Positions 46,068-59,090 of a stretch of 64,000 nucleotides of DNA are shown in pieces. The stretch is from NCBI GenBank assembly GCA_977017645.1, contig OZ360231.1, forward strand, positions 63,240,001 through 63,304,000, given 5' to 3'. Source of the DNA: Torpedo marmorata. Its lineage: Eukaryota. Made by a program: the position numbers and the translations under genes. Every line of letters begins with the position of its first letter. Position 1 is the first letter of the stretch. The notes under the pieces are model-generated. The model was not told the DNA's origin. It saw only the letters and a list, made by a program, of their open reading frames with translations, and made no database searches.

Positions 46068-47123
46068 ATAGATATATTGAATCCAGGTCATTGACACAAA
46101 TTATTAACAGCTCGAGGCCCAGCACTGATCCCTGTGACACCGCATGAGCTACAACAACCCCAACCTAAAAATGACCAGTTTATTCTTCCGTTTCTGTCCA
46201 TTAACCCATCTTCAATCCCCATGCCCAATATCACTCCATTCAGAAAAAACAAAACACCCAACAGATTTGGTAAACACCAGTTTGCTTTCATAAATCCTTG
46301 ATGGTTCTGCCCCATCCTGTTGACAGACCAACAGGTGACTATTTTCCCTTTTTTTTTTTATTATTAGTTCACACACACAAAGTTGCTGATCTGGTTTGGC
46401 ATTCATAGCATGGAGATTGGAGGCAAAAGATCCATGGCTTCCTTCAAAGAACAGAAAAGGGCTTCTTCCAGTGTTTTCATCATTTATTTTGTTCATGCCA
46501 TCTTTTCGACAGATTGCCAACAATGTCATCTGATATTAAAATAGTAACTTCATATCAAAGTTTAATTTTAGCCATGAATCACTTTTGGATGTCATGATCT
46601 GACCAAAATGCTGGGAGAAATTATTTTTGCGCCATTTCACACAAGAAAATGGTGATGGGATTGTCAATTTGATCTGAAATGATTCCTCATTTCTTACAGG
46701 AAGGTACCAGGTTATTTTTGTTGTGCAAGCTTCTGCAATATTTTTTGCAAAATATTTAGGATGCTCAATTCTGGAGCAATGTGGAAGTGATTGGCTTTTC
46801 AAGTGTACTGATTTGTTGAGGCACCGTGTAGTTGACCTTGGAACTGTTAATTGACTTGCATTTATGGACGTCTTGGTTTATGGACAAATGGATAGGGTAT
46901 TGAGTACAGGAGCTGGGACGTTGTACGACAAATGAACACAATGTTGGTGAGACTACACTTGGTATTGGGCACAGTTTTGGTCGCTTAGTAGTGGAAAATG
47001 GTGCAGGAAGAGCCCCAAAAATGTTACCAGGCTCAAGTTCTAAGGATAGGCTGAATAGACTGGAACATGGGAGGACCATTTAATTTGTTACAATATTCAG
47101 TGAGAGTTAAACTCAGAACTTAC

Positions 47124-47537
47124 CTGCTGTTTTAAAGGCGACAGCAATGGCATTTGAGTAATTAGAAATGGCCTCAGACCACCCTCCATTTGCATCCGGA
47201 ACCCATGCTTGGACCAGACAGTAATATGATCCTTCATCAGAAAATTGAGTCTTGTACAGTCGGAAACGGAATTCCTTGTCACTGACTTTCTCTAAAACAA
47301 CATCTTCTGGTCGATCCTTAACGTCCCACTGCTCCAGTTTCACCACCGAGTCCCGAGTCAATGAGATAAGCTTTTTACTGCCCTTTGCATCAGTAAAGGC
47401 TGGTTCATTCATTGTTATAATCACTGAATAATGAGGTACTTCAACATGCTCTGCAGAAATGCTACATGTCATTTCAAAAGTGTTACCTCTTGTAGCTACT
47501 GGCTTCTCCTCTGCTGCTGTAATGCTTAGGCCTGGGT
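47124..47537 (-). CDS. PTGFRN: PTGFRN exon, Ig-V5
   Basis: RGNTFEMTCSIS...LISLTRDSVVKLEQWD...VVLEKVSDKEFRFRLYKTQFSDEGSYYCLVQAW; AG/GT, 414 bp. Confidence 0.92.
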
Positions 47538-47599
47538 CTGAGTGGAAGGAACACTAGTATTAAATGTTGGCTGAGACACACATGTCAAAAATCAATGAA

Positions 47600-48372
47600 T
47601 GGCGGTGCTGCCGCTGCCGCTGGTGCGGACCCGCCCAGTCGACTGCCGTCTGTTCCGCATGGGCTTTGAACGGCCCGTTAAAGGAGCCGACGGTGGTTTT
47701 ATTTAAGATCCCGCGACCGCGGGGTCTGCGCCCAAGATGGCAGCGCCTTTTAACCGGCAGCAGCCACGAGGGGTTGCAGATTCCAGGGAAGCGGAGGACT
47801 GGAGCAGGGCACCAGAGGACGGGAAGATCACCCCCGTCTGAGAAGGAGAAGCGGAGGAGACAACCCACGGGACGGTGACCACGGCGGCGGACCTGTGAGG
47901 GGATCTGAGGCTGAAGGACCAGTGCATGCGGCGGGCTGCTGGCGACTCGAGGCGAGGAACCCGCGGAGGCCGTGGGCTGCTGGAGACTGCTGTCGGGGAA
48001 CTCACGCCGGGCTGCGGACTGCTGGAGGCTGGCTCGAACTGGCTGGAGGAGTACCAGGTATCGGAACCGGGATGCGAGGGGGTGCCGAGGGCGACCTGAC
48101 CGTGTTGGAGGTTCGGATCTGGAGCTCGGGATGCCGATGGTTTGGACTGGACTCTGTGTGGCTGCGGAGGCTGCGGAAGCGCTGGAGGCGAATCTATGGA
48201 CACGGTGACTCTGGGGGGACTCTCTTTTGCTTCTCTTTCTCTGACTGTAAGGAATGTTAGAGGCGCTTAGGCAATTTCTGCCGGTGGCGAATCTGTCTGC
48301 CTTGCAGCAGGCAAAAAGAAATTTCATGGAATATGACACTCTCTTATTACTATGACAATAAATTGAATCTTG
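47600..48372 (+). mobile_element. CpG-rich non-autonomous retroelement with LINE-type tail
   Basis: High CpG, YY1-like CAAGATGGC, 3' end ...TCTGTCTGCCTT...AATTTCATG...TGACAATAAATTGAATCTTGAA. Confidence 0.6.
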
Positions 48373-48910
48373 AAAATCCTAAAATAGTGACTCCTGCATT
48401 CCAAGACATCATATACTCAAGACAAAAACCTCAGTAATGCATTGTTCTTCCAGAGAGAGTTGGACATGGTGCACGATGAAAACTAGAATAAAGGTCGGTT
48501 TACCTTTCCTTCCTCTCTGTCACTTGCTCATTGAGAATTTTTAAAGGCCAGGTACATCTTTAAGACTGATAACATGAAACATTAGGAAAATAAAGCAAGC
48601 CCATGCTCGCCAGTATTCCCCCCCACCCCCCATCACATTAGTGTCAAGAAAGAGTCCCAATCCAAAACACTGACTGTTCATTTCTCTTCATGGATGCTGT
48701 CTGGCCAGTGACCCTGCAGCTTCTCTTTGCTCTAACCTACATTAAAGTCACTTTAATAATATCAGAGTGCAACATTTTTAAATAGCATAATTTGTCTTAA
48801 ATAATATTTACAAATACTAACCAAGAATTACAAATCTGCTCCTCATTTTAAAACAGCATAATAGTTGGTCTGAAGAACAAAGTCTCACTAAAAGTTTAGG
48901 AATACTTTAC

Positions 48911-49333
48911 CTTCAGTTTTCCAGAACATATCAAGAGCAAAGGATGATAATTCCTGTTTTTGCAACCACGTATTTCCTCGTTGTTTAATCCATGCGGAAA
49001 CATTACAAAAATATTCCCCTCGGTCAGAGACCAATGCATGATACATCTGAAAACTGAAAGAATGACGCTTGGTCTTCATAAAAGTAACCTCTCCCTTTTC
49101 GGCTCGCTCATTATACTGATCACTGAGTTTTAGTGTCCAATCTTGATCCATCTTTGCTATTGGGACACTCATTTTGGCAACTCCATCCATCCCTTTTGGT
49201 TTGTAATACCACGCGACAGTCAGCCTTGCGTCATCTGCATTTTGTGCATCTAACACCAGGCACTCAAGCTCTGCTGGCTCTCCTGAAGAACTAGGCATCC
49301 TAATGGAGCGTAATGTAACTGTGTATGTCGGAT
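48911..49333 (-). CDS. PTGFRN: PTGFRN exon, Ig-V4
   Basis: EPAELECLV...RLTVAWYY...MDQDWTL...SDRGEYFCNVSAW; AG/GT, 423 bp. Confidence 0.92.
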
Positions 49334-50409
49334 CTGTGAACATGATTAGAGCAAAGGTTACCTTTAACTCGCCCACTAAACAAATAAATATTAACGCATC
49401 TCATTTTATAGGTGATACTACAGATAATAATTTCACAGACTCATGTGGATTTGTCAATAAGCAGACCATGACATTCTGTGAACAATATTTCAGTTGGAAT
49501 AATATTTTTATACCATGATGCATTCACAAGACGACTTAAATTGGCCAGGAGTTAAATCAGTTGCAGGAATTTCAAAAGATCTAAAGGGGAGTAATATAGT
49601 AAGTTATTTAAACATTGGTTAATCCAGCCAAGCAAAAAGGCAAATGATAAAGTGCATCACAAATTTAAAAAAACCCTACCCTAGTTCATGAAAGAATATG
49701 TTAATGATAGAGCTATGGATAAGGTTAACTGACATTGCAGCTAGATTCTAGCATGAATCTGGAATTAGTGTTTCATAGGACAACAATGATGGAGCAAAAA
49801 AAAATCCAAGCTTTAGTTTAGTTAATTTAGGCCTTGATATTTCTGGCAAAATAAAATTATGATCTTGATAGAGAAGAGAATTTCCTGTCCATTTCAATTC
49901 TCCAGGCCCATGGGTACGCGTGATGAAATTGTGGCATGGCATTTGATCGTAGTCCAGCTTGCAGGGAAAGAGATGCAGGTTTTTTTTTCTCGTTCCTCTT
50001 TGCCCAACAAGGCAAACAAAAAAAGCCAAGATAGTTGGAATCTGAATGGCATAAAAACCTTGTATAAAAGAGTTGTGTCAGTCAAGGTACAGTATTGTGA
50101 CCCTATTCCAAAGGGTACCTACCGTTCAGAAAAATGCTCGAATGAACTTTTCTCCATATTGGCTTTGGTAAATCAGAAAGTGTAAATTGGAAAACATGCT
50201 TCCAACTGTTATTCTTTACAATGACAACCATGAATTTATCTATATATAATTAACCCCATTAGATTCCATCCTATTTCAGTAGTGTACAATGTAAATGACG
50301 CTACTTGCTCTGCAATGGAAACAATACATTCCATGGTCTCTAATTTCATGTGATGTTGCTAATTATATCCAATTGCTCAAGCAGGTAAAACAATGAAGAA
50401 TGAAATTAC

Positions 50410-50793
50410 CTAGAAGTGCCACAGTGACATTGAGAAGATTGGAGATCTTCTCTGCTGCTTTGTGTCTCAACTCATTGGTATATGGGATCCAAACAGAGGC
50501 TGCACAGTAATAATATCCACCATCTGTTTCATCGACTTGTTGCACTCTTAGTCTGTAGTCACTGCCACTAATTTTGCTCAACGAGACAAAATCTGAACCA
50601 TTAACTATTGCTGCAAGGTTCATGTGCACCAGGAGTTTCCCGCTTTGAGGATTGATTGCTGGAGAAGAGCTGAAATACCAGCCGACTTCAACGGCGAAGT
50701 CTTCAACACCTGTTACACTGCAGACAAGATCAATCGTATCCCCTTTGTTCAGGGCGTGCATCTTTCCACTTGCAGAGACTTCTAGATTCTGCG
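50410..50793 (-). CDS. PTGFRN: PTGFRN exon, Ig-V3
   Basis: IDLVCSV...EVGWYFS...SLSKISGSDYRLRVQQVDETDGGYYYCAASVW; AG/GT, 384 bp. Confidence 0.92.
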
Positions 50794-51367
50794 CTGAAAT
50801 ATAAAAATTATATTCTTAAGTAAAATTTCCTCCAATGAGTATGCCAAAAGCAATTGTCCTATTGTGTCCCAAAAATGTTGTGGTAGAAAATTAAAAACAC
50901 ACATCAGGTGACTTAATATGTAACCGATCAAATATTAAAAAAAATAGAAGCTAGTTCCCAACAAACTCTATTTACAAATGAGCAGGAATAAGAGACATTG
51001 GTCTTGTATACCCATCTGCTTCATCCAACTTTTGAACTGGTGATGAATTATCTTGGAGCAACCTGTAGGAATCCCCGGATTGCTGCATCAATCACCAATT
51101 TAAAAGGTGCCTTCCACCGTTTCAATTCTGCTGAAAGAGTCTTCCTCCTCTGACTTGCTCTTTTTATGTATAATCTTGCAATCATGTTTTCCCATTTCAA
51201 TTGTGATGTTGGTGAGATAGAACAAAATTTTGCAAGTATTTCTGAAATAATTCTTTCCTAGATTTCAGCAGCTGTCAGAGTCAATCTTGCTTTTAAAGCC
51301 TGTACTATCAACTCCATCCAAGCTTCTGGTCTACCCAGCAAAATGGGCAATGGAAATCCATTTTCTT

Positions 51368-51595
51368 TTTTAAATTTAGACATACAGCACGGGAATAGGC
51401 ACTTTCAGCCCACAAGCCCGTGCCATCTAATTGACCTACAACGTTTTGAAGGGTGGGAGGAAACTGGAGCACCCGGTGGAAACCCACATAGACATGGGGA
51501 GAATGTACAAACTCCTTACAGACAGCGCCGGATTTGAACCCAGGTCGCTGGCGCTGTAACAGCGTTGCGCTAACCGCTGTGCTAACTGTGCTGCC
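51368..51595 (-). mobile_element. tRNA-derived V-SINE (HE1-like)
   Basis: Same family as 5775-6032 and 21385-21632. Confidence 0.85.
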
Positions 51596-51637
51596 TGAAG
51601 GTAAATTACAGGATGATTTATTACAGGTGTGATGTAC

Positions 51638-52060
51638 CTAAAGACTGAACTTCAATCGTTGCAATGCTGGTACTTTTTTCTTGGATTTTTTTCCAGTTGG
51701 AGCCATCTTCTTTGACCCACTCTGCTGCTGTACAAGAGTAAACACCACTGTCCTCAAGCTGCAAGGGATCAATAAACAATTTGAAGACACCATTTTTTTC
51801 CATGCGCATTCTAATATCGCCACGCTGGTACCTATCTGCATATAAACGACTGGGCAAAAACTGATCCTTTTCAGTGAATGACAGAATGTCCTCTGTCACA
51901 CCTCCATTTTTTGTTAACTGCCATGTGACAGAAAGGTGGGTGGAAACGGGTGACACCGTTGATGCAACACACTGAAGTTCCAGTGGCTTTCCTTCTGTGT
52001 AGTTTACATTCATCACACTTCTGGACTTTGCAGGTGACACAGTCAGTTTATCTGCAATCA
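51638..52060 (-). CDS. PTGFRN: PTGFRN exon, Ig-V2
   Basis: EGKPLELQCVAS...THLSVTW...YADRYQRGDIR...EDSGVYSCTAAEW...WKKIQEKS (EWI-type motif); AG/GT, 423 bp. Confidence 0.93.
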
Positions 52061-52394
52061 CTGATAAAAGAATAATTCAAAATTAACAAAAGACCAGAAA
52101 GTTTAAAGCAGTATTTATACAAGAACTAAACCTCTACTGCATGTCTAAGTAACACCCTTCATTTCAAATCCTTGATAATCAACTGTAAAATTTTAAGTTT
52201 CTGTTCAAATAAAAGTCATTTAAGATGTGGGAACAATTAAAGAAATACTCTTTACAATGATTAAAGTTTTAGTAACCAGTACGCTTTGCTACAAGGTGAC
52301 CAGCAAAAGGACTCGTGATGAAAGGAAATATGTCATTATTCAACAAGAGGATTTGGATTGCTTCATAGAGTGCTGGATAGACACCTGTGTAAAA

Positions 52395-53050
52395 GCAGCT
52401 CACAAGGAGAGACTGGAGAGGTCAGGTCTGTTTTCCCTGGTGAAAAGGGGGCCGAGAGGTGACGTGATGGAGGTATACAAAATTATGTGAGGCGTTGATA
52501 GGAAATGGAGACTGGGTACCTACCCTAAGATAGGGGTGTCCAAAATTACAGGGCATATGTTTAAAAAGAGAAGGCAGTGTCTTAAAGAAGATCTGAACGG
52601 TACATTTTTCACGAAGAGTAATTGGTATCAGAAATGAACTGTGAGAAGTGGCGGTGGCTGCAGGAATGATAGCGACATTTAAGCAGAACCTTGACAAGCA
52701 CTTAAATGAGCAAGGCATCGAGGGATATGGAAATAATGAAGGCAAGTGGGAATAGTAAAGGTAAAGGTTCCATTATTGTCACATACTACATTTAGAATGT
52801 AACATACATGAAATTCTTTAATTTTTATCTACCGTAAGGCAGACAGAGGGTCGCTACTTTGTCCAGCGCCCCTTACAGAAACCTACAGCATCTGGTGTTC
52901 ATTGGCGGTCTCCCCTCCAAGTACTGACCAGTCCTGTGCCTGCTTAGCTTCCGAGATCAAACAATCCCAGTCGTATTCAGGCTATTGCTGTGGATAAGCA
53001 TGATGTCAACAAGGACACAATGGGCCTGTTTCCAAGCTGTACAACTCTAT
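52395..53050 (+). mobile_element. CR1-like LINE 3' end (host of the 5S-derived SINE)
   Basis: ERLERSGLFSLVKRGPRGDVMEVYKIM and CR1 3' UTR motifs on both sides of the SINE. Confidence 0.75.
52755..52985 (-). mobile_element. 5S rRNA-derived SINE (SINE3-type)
   Basis: Minus strand GATCTCGGAAGCTAAGCAGG...CTGGTCAGTACTTGGAGGGGAGACCGCC...TGCTGTAGGTTT (5S A and C boxes, diverged), then about 120 bp of non-5S tail ending in CCTTTA repeats. Confidence 0.8.
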
Positions 53051-53612
53051 AGAACTATACAAATATTTGATGGAGAAAATATTGCAGTAAGATGGCGAAC
53101 CAAGCATTGGGACTACCTGGAAAGAGCTGGCCCAGTCTCCAATAAATCAATGGCTTATTTTGTTGTTCTGTTCTATGGTTCGAAAACAAATCTATTGTTT
53201 CTGGCAAAGCATTCCATGGTCTGTCAACCAAATACTCAGCCACTTTCCCTTCTTTTTAAAAAGCTATCTTCTTGTCATCTGATTATCAATTTACTGACCA
53301 GAATACCCAAATTATCTTCCTTACATACCTCAAACTTCATTAACAAACTTGCCTTCTTGACCCAAGTCTCTTTCAATATGTATTTCTTGTGGAAGGGAAA
53401 CCAAAAGAGAAAATGCAAACAAACAATAGTGGTTTCAAATAGTTTCAAACTTGAAAGCAAAATTAGGCAAGCCAAAAATAAAGAACTGCAAAGAATGAAA
53501 GGAAAAGTTAACATCGTTTGAGATTGATACTTTAAATTCACCTGGACACAGTTAGTTCAAAACTGTACAATGGGAATTGAGGCATCAGTTTTGGCTTGGG
53601 AATAGCATTGTC

Positions 53613-55829
53613 AATGGAGTCAGGAGGTTGTGGGTTCATAATGGAGTCAGGAGGTTGTGGGTTCATAATGGAGTCAGGAGGTTGTGGGTTCATAATGGAG
53701 TCAGGAGGTTGTGGGTTCATAATGGAGTCAGTAGGTTGTGGGTTCATAATGGAGTCAGGAGGTTGTGGGTTCATAATGGAGTCAGGAGGTTGTGGGTTCA
53801 TAATGGAGTCAGGAGGTTGTGGGTTCATAATGGAGTCAGGAGGTTGTGGGTTCATAATGGAGTCAGGAGGTTTGAGTTCATAATGGAGTCAGGAGGTTGT
53901 GGGTTCATAATGGAGTCAGGAGGTTGTGGGTTCATAATGGAGTCAGGAGGTTTGGGTTCATAATGGAGTCAGGAGGTTGTGGGTTCATAATGGAGTCAGG
54001 AGGTTGTGGGTTCATAATGGAGTCAGGAGGTTGTGGGTTCATAATGGAGTCAGGAGGTTTGAGTTCATAATGGAGTCAGGAGGTTGTGGGTTCATAATGG
54101 AGTCAGGAGGTTGTGGGTTCATAATGGAGTCAGGAGGTTGTGGGTTCATAATGGAGTCAGGAGGTTTGAGTTCATAATGGAGTCAGGAGGTTGTGGGTTC
54201 ATAATGGAGTCAGGAGGTTGTGGGTTCATAATGGAGTCAGGAGGTTTGAGTTCATAATGGAGTCAGGAGGTTGTGGGTTCATAATGGAGTCAGGAGGTTT
54301 GAGTTCATAATGGAGTCAGGAGGTTGTGGGTTCATAATGGAGTCAGGAGGTTGTGGGTTCATAATGGAGTCAGGAGGTTGTGGGTTCATAATGGAGTCAA
54401 GAGGTTTGGGTTCATAATGGAATCAAGAGGTTTGGGTTCATAATGGAGTCAGGAGGTTGTGGGTTCATAATGGAGTCAGGAGGTTTGAGTTCATAATGGA
54501 GTCAGGAGGTTTGAGTTCATAATGGAGTCAGGAGGTTGTGGGTTCATAATGGAGTCAGGAGGTTTGAGTTCATAATGGAGTCAGGAGGTTTGAGTTCATA
54601 ATGGAGTCAGGAGGTTGTGGGTTCATAATGGAGTCAGGAGGTTGTGGGTTCATAATGGAGTCAGGAGGTTGTGGGTTCATAATGGAGTCAGGAGGTTGTG
54701 GGTTCATAATGGAGTCAGGAGGTTGTGGGTTCATAATGGAGTCAGGAGGTTTGAGTTCATAATGGAGTCAGGAGGTTGTGGGTTCATAATGGAGTCAGGA
54801 GGTTGTGGGTTCATAATGGAGTCAGGAGGTTGTGGGTTCATAATGGAGTCAGGAGGTTTGAGTTCATAATGGAGTCAGGAGGTTGTGGGTTCATAATGGA
54901 GTCAGGAGGTTGTGGGTTCATAATGGAGTCAGGAGGTTGTGGGTTCATAATGGAGTCAGGAGGTTTGAGTTCATAATGGAGTCAGGAGGTTGTGGGTTCA
55001 TAATGGAGTCAGGAGGTTTGAGTTCATAATGGAGTCAGGAGGTTGTGGGTTCATAATGGAGTCAGGAGGTTGTGGGTTCATAATGGAGTCAGGAGGTTGT
55101 GGGTTCATAATGGAGTCAGGAGGTTTGAGTTCATAATGGAGTCAGGAGGTTTGAGTTCATAATGGAGTCAGGAGGTTGTGGGTTCATAATGGAGTCAGGA
55201 GGTTGTGGGTTCATAATGGAGTCAGGAGGTTGTGGGTTCATAATGGAGTCAAGAGGTTTGGGTTCATAATGGAATCAAGAGGTTTGGGTTCATAATGGAG
55301 TCAGGAGGTTGTGGGTTCATAATGGAGTCAGGAGGTTGTGGGTTCATAATGGAGTCAGGAGGTTTGAGTTCATAATGGAGTCAGGAGGTTGTGGGTTCAT
55401 AATGGAGTCAGGAGGTTGTGGGTTCATAATGGAGTCAGGAGGTTGTGGGTTCATAATGGAGTCAGGAGGTTGTGGGTTCATAATGGAGTCAGGAGGTTGT
55501 GGGTTCATAATGGAGTCAGGAGGTTGTGGGTTCATAATGGAGTCAGGAGGTTGTGGGTTCATAATGGAGTCAGGAGGTTGTGGGTTCATAATGGAGTCAG
55601 GAGGTTGTGGGTTCATAATGGAGTCAGGAGGTTGTGGGTTCATAATGGAGTCAGGAGGTTGTGGGTTCATAATGGAGTCAGGAGGTTGTGGGTTCATAAT
55701 GGAGTCAGGAGGTTGTGGGTTCATAATGGAGTCAGGAGGTTGTGGGTTCATAATGGAGTCAGGAGGTTGTGGGTTCATAATGGAGTCAGGAGGTTGTGGG
55801 TTCATAATGGAGTCAGGAGGTTGTGGGTT
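53613..55829. repeat. Intronic minisatellite, 27-bp unit (about 80 copies) with 26-bp variants
   Basis: CATAATGGAGTCAGGAGGTTGTGGGTT, variant ...GAGGTTTGAGTT. Confidence 0.97.
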
Positions 55830-57234
55830 TAAAACTATTCCAGGATAGATGAACTGAATGTATACTTCAGTGCAGTACAGAAGTATGACATTGTTGAAAG
55901 TTCATGATAAACTGAAACTCCTTGCCTCCTCCATGACTGTATCCAGAGCTCTTCTGCCACTCCAGTCATTTGTAATGCAACTTTTTTTGCATCTTAACAT
56001 GCACAATGTTGATGCAGCTCCATAGCAATACCAACTAAAGCAGCTTCACTTGTAGCAACCTTGCCTCCTGTTCAGACACGACTCAGGGTTCAGTGAAACA
56101 AAACTGAAAATCAGGAGGCTTACAGTAGGGTGGGTGCATATAGAGCAGTGAACATGATGAGGAATCAGCTGCCTTTGAATTAAATGCTGACAAAACAATA
56201 GAGTTAAAAGCCCTGAGGGGTTCAGCTCAGGTGCTGAACATTCATATGGAAAATGAATAGGGAACGCAAGTAAAAAAATAAAAATTAAAAAAAATCCACT
56301 TTCCACATCAGGTACAGGATGAAGTAAATTTGTACAGCAACAAAGCCCACCTGGCTAAGTGAACAGAAATGGACAAATGAACAAGCCCTCACAGGGAAGA
56401 CAAAACCAGTTTTTATTTCCACAATGAAAGCGACGAACAGATTCTCTTCCAAATCTGCCCAAATTTAACTGGTATTAATCCAGCACTCTCCAATTGAAGA
56501 TTGCACCAGCAAAGCCGGTGGTGAATACCAGTGAACAATAAGGCAATGAAGACCCACCCTGTTGAATGAAGGCCTTGAGAAACAATAATTCCAAATCTAA
56601 CTAAATCACAAAACAAATAACTCAAAAGAATTAAGAGTCAGAAACAGAAAAGGCTGGAAACACCAACATTTATAGAAAGAGAAACAAAGCTAACATTTCA
56701 GGTTAGTATGGCCAAGAGTATGTCTTTAATAAACTATGGTCCAGGTTGCCATGGGGATATGTTATAAACAAGATCATTCAGGCATCAGGTTAATGTGGGA
56801 AATGGAACAAAGAAACGAGGGCAGTTAGAGTGTGAGACTACAAAGAAGGGAGTAAAAAAAATTGTGAAATGCAGAGCTATATGACATGTCCAATACATCA
56901 GACAGTGGAATAGTGAGAAATAAACAGTCACTAGCACAGATGCACTTTCCAGTTCTGAAATGTACCGAAACAAGAAAGTGAATTAACTAAAATTTTAGAA
57001 TTCAAGAGAGTCTGGAAGCGTGCAACATTACACAGATGTCAAGGTGCTATTCCTCAGGTTTACCTTGCGCCTCTTTACAACAGTGCAGAAAGCCACAGAC
57101 AGGTAGGTTGGGGGGAGGGGGTGACAAATCAAAATGGCAGGCCGTAGGAATTAAGACAAATGTTCCAACAATAGCTACCCGATCTACATTTGCTTCGTCC
57201 AATGTACAGGAGACAATATTACAAACACTGAGTA

Positions 57235-57800
57235 TCCCTGTGTGGCCTTCGCTACATCGGAGAGACCGGTCGCAAATTGGGAGAGCACTTCGCTGAGCAC
57301 CTCCGCTCCGTCCGCTGCAGTAACAGAGACCTCCCAGTAGCCAACCATTTCAATTCTGAGTCACACTCCCATACTCACATGTCTGTCCATGGCCTTATTG
57401 CACTATCCCACTCAGACCACCCGCAAATTGGAGGAACAATACCTGATTTTCCGTCTGGGCACTCTCCAGCCAGATGGCATTAACATCGACTTTTCTGGTT
57501 TCTGCTAACCTGGTCTCCTCTTCCCCCTCCCTCCTTTCCAGTTCTCCTCCCTCCCTTCCCCCTCCATTCACCCCCCCTCCCCTTGATCGCTGCTGTCCCC
57601 TCCCTCCCTTCTCCACCTATCACCTCCTGCCTTTGCCCCTCCCCTTTTGCTCGGACACCTGCCGACATTCTTCCATACCTTGATGAAGGGCTCAAGCCCG
57701 AAACGCTGGTTATGTATTTTTACCTTTGCTATATAAAGGACACTGTTTGACCTGCTGAGTTTCTCCAGCATTGTGTGTTTTTATTACAAACACAATGCAG
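57235..57800 (+). mobile_element. Penelope-like element 3' fragment inside older Penelope relics (about 56640-58200)
   Basis: YIGETGR...FAEHLRSVR...LPVANHFNSESHSH and the same 3' UTR as 29300-29646. Confidence 0.85.
57675..57716 (+). ncRNA. Minimal hammerhead-ribozyme-like motif in Penelope 3' UTR
   Basis: TTGATGA-A-GGGC-TCAA-GCCC-GAAAC-GCTG-GTT; minimal hammerheads are established in Penelope pLTRs; core starts with U instead of C. Confidence 0.5.
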
Positions 57801-58213
57801 ATTGGAAGTGCAAGGGACAGTTTCCTTCATGACTCCCTCATCCACTCTTGCATCTTCACCAACCACTCCCATTCTTGCAGCATTTCTCATACAACCTTTT
57901 CCCTTTCCACCTTTCTGGACCCAAATAAACCTTCTAGTGATTCACTTCCTTTCTTCAGCCCCCTTGTGTTGTCCATGGTGTTCATATTATGGTTTCCTGT
58001 GTGTTGCAGAAACCAAACAGTGTGTTCAGTCCACAGGAGTGACCTTACACTTCCAGTAACTGACACTTCAGTTTTCTTTTCCACTCTGAACTACCTGTCT
58101 GTGGCCTCCTGAACTGTTGTAATGTGGCCCAATTGGGAGCTTGAGGAACAGCAACTCATCGTATGTCTGGGCATTGTTGTAGCCTTCCAGTCAGAATATA
58201 GAATTCTTCCATT

Positions 58214-58467
58214 GGGCAGCATGGTTAGTGTAGCAGTTAGCACAACGCTGTTACAGCGCCAGCGATCGGGACCGGGGATCAAATCCTGTGCTGACTGTAA
58301 GGAGTTTGTACATTCTCCCCGTGTCTGCGTGGGTTTCCTCCGGGTGCTCCGGTTTCCTCCCACCGTTCAAAACGTACCGGGGGTTGTAGGTCAATTGGTG
58401 TAAATGGGCGGCACCGGCTCGTGGGCAGAAAGGCCCGTTACCGTGCTGTATGTCTAAATTTAAATTT
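58214..58467 (+). mobile_element. tRNA-derived V-SINE (HE1-like)
   Basis: GGGCAGCATGGTTAGTGTAGCAGTT, V-domain, tail TCTAAATTTAAATTT. Confidence 0.85.
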
Positions 58468-59090
58468 CATATTTAAATAAACTTAGGTAATTCACTTCAT
58501 TATGTATCAGAACCAGCCAGGTCATCTATCAGTGATTTTAGCTCTCTTATTTTCTCTTGGCACAACTTCACTAACTGGCCATGTCCTGCAGCTCTTCATT
58601 TTGCATATGTTCTACTTCGTAGTTGGTGATCTAACTTTGAACTGCCTGGTTTTATAGCTTTCACCTTCCTTTGTTCAGGTTTACTCTCCCTAACTGCCAT
58701 TAGCCAAAATGACCTTATTGGCAACTGATCCCCATGAAATCCCAGGCCACAGAGTGTCAGAGATATTCCCTTTATCCTATCCATTTCTTCCCCACCTTCT
58801 CTGCAACTTAGAACCAGCTGGTCCCACTTTTTTCCTCGTTCTGAAGGGCCTTCAACCTGAAATATAATCTGTTTGTATTTCCACAGCTGCTTTCTGAGCT
58901 GTTGAGTGTTTATTTCAGAATTCCACCTTCTGCACTTTTGTTTGATTTTCAAAGAAATGTTATGTTTGAACTAAATGTCAGAAATATACCATATTCAGTT
59001 TCTGAAACTTGCTAATTCAATTGCTTTCATACAGGAGAGTAGCAGGGGTACTATAATTGACACAATACACCTAGATGGATAAGGACACAC

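Noticed and set aside
47560-48339. Long overlapping ORFs (259 aa, 166 aa and others)
   Set aside because: Expected from high GC content; no domain motifs; the sequence is a dispersed repeat.
52878-52985. Functional 5S rRNA gene
   Set aside because: 5' end missing or diverged, many substitutions, fused to a retroposon tail and inserted in a CR1 relic.
53538-55848. Multiple ORFs (MESGGCGFI, MNPQPPDSI repeats)
   Set aside because: Artefacts of the 27-bp minisatellite; frames are broken by 26-bp variants.
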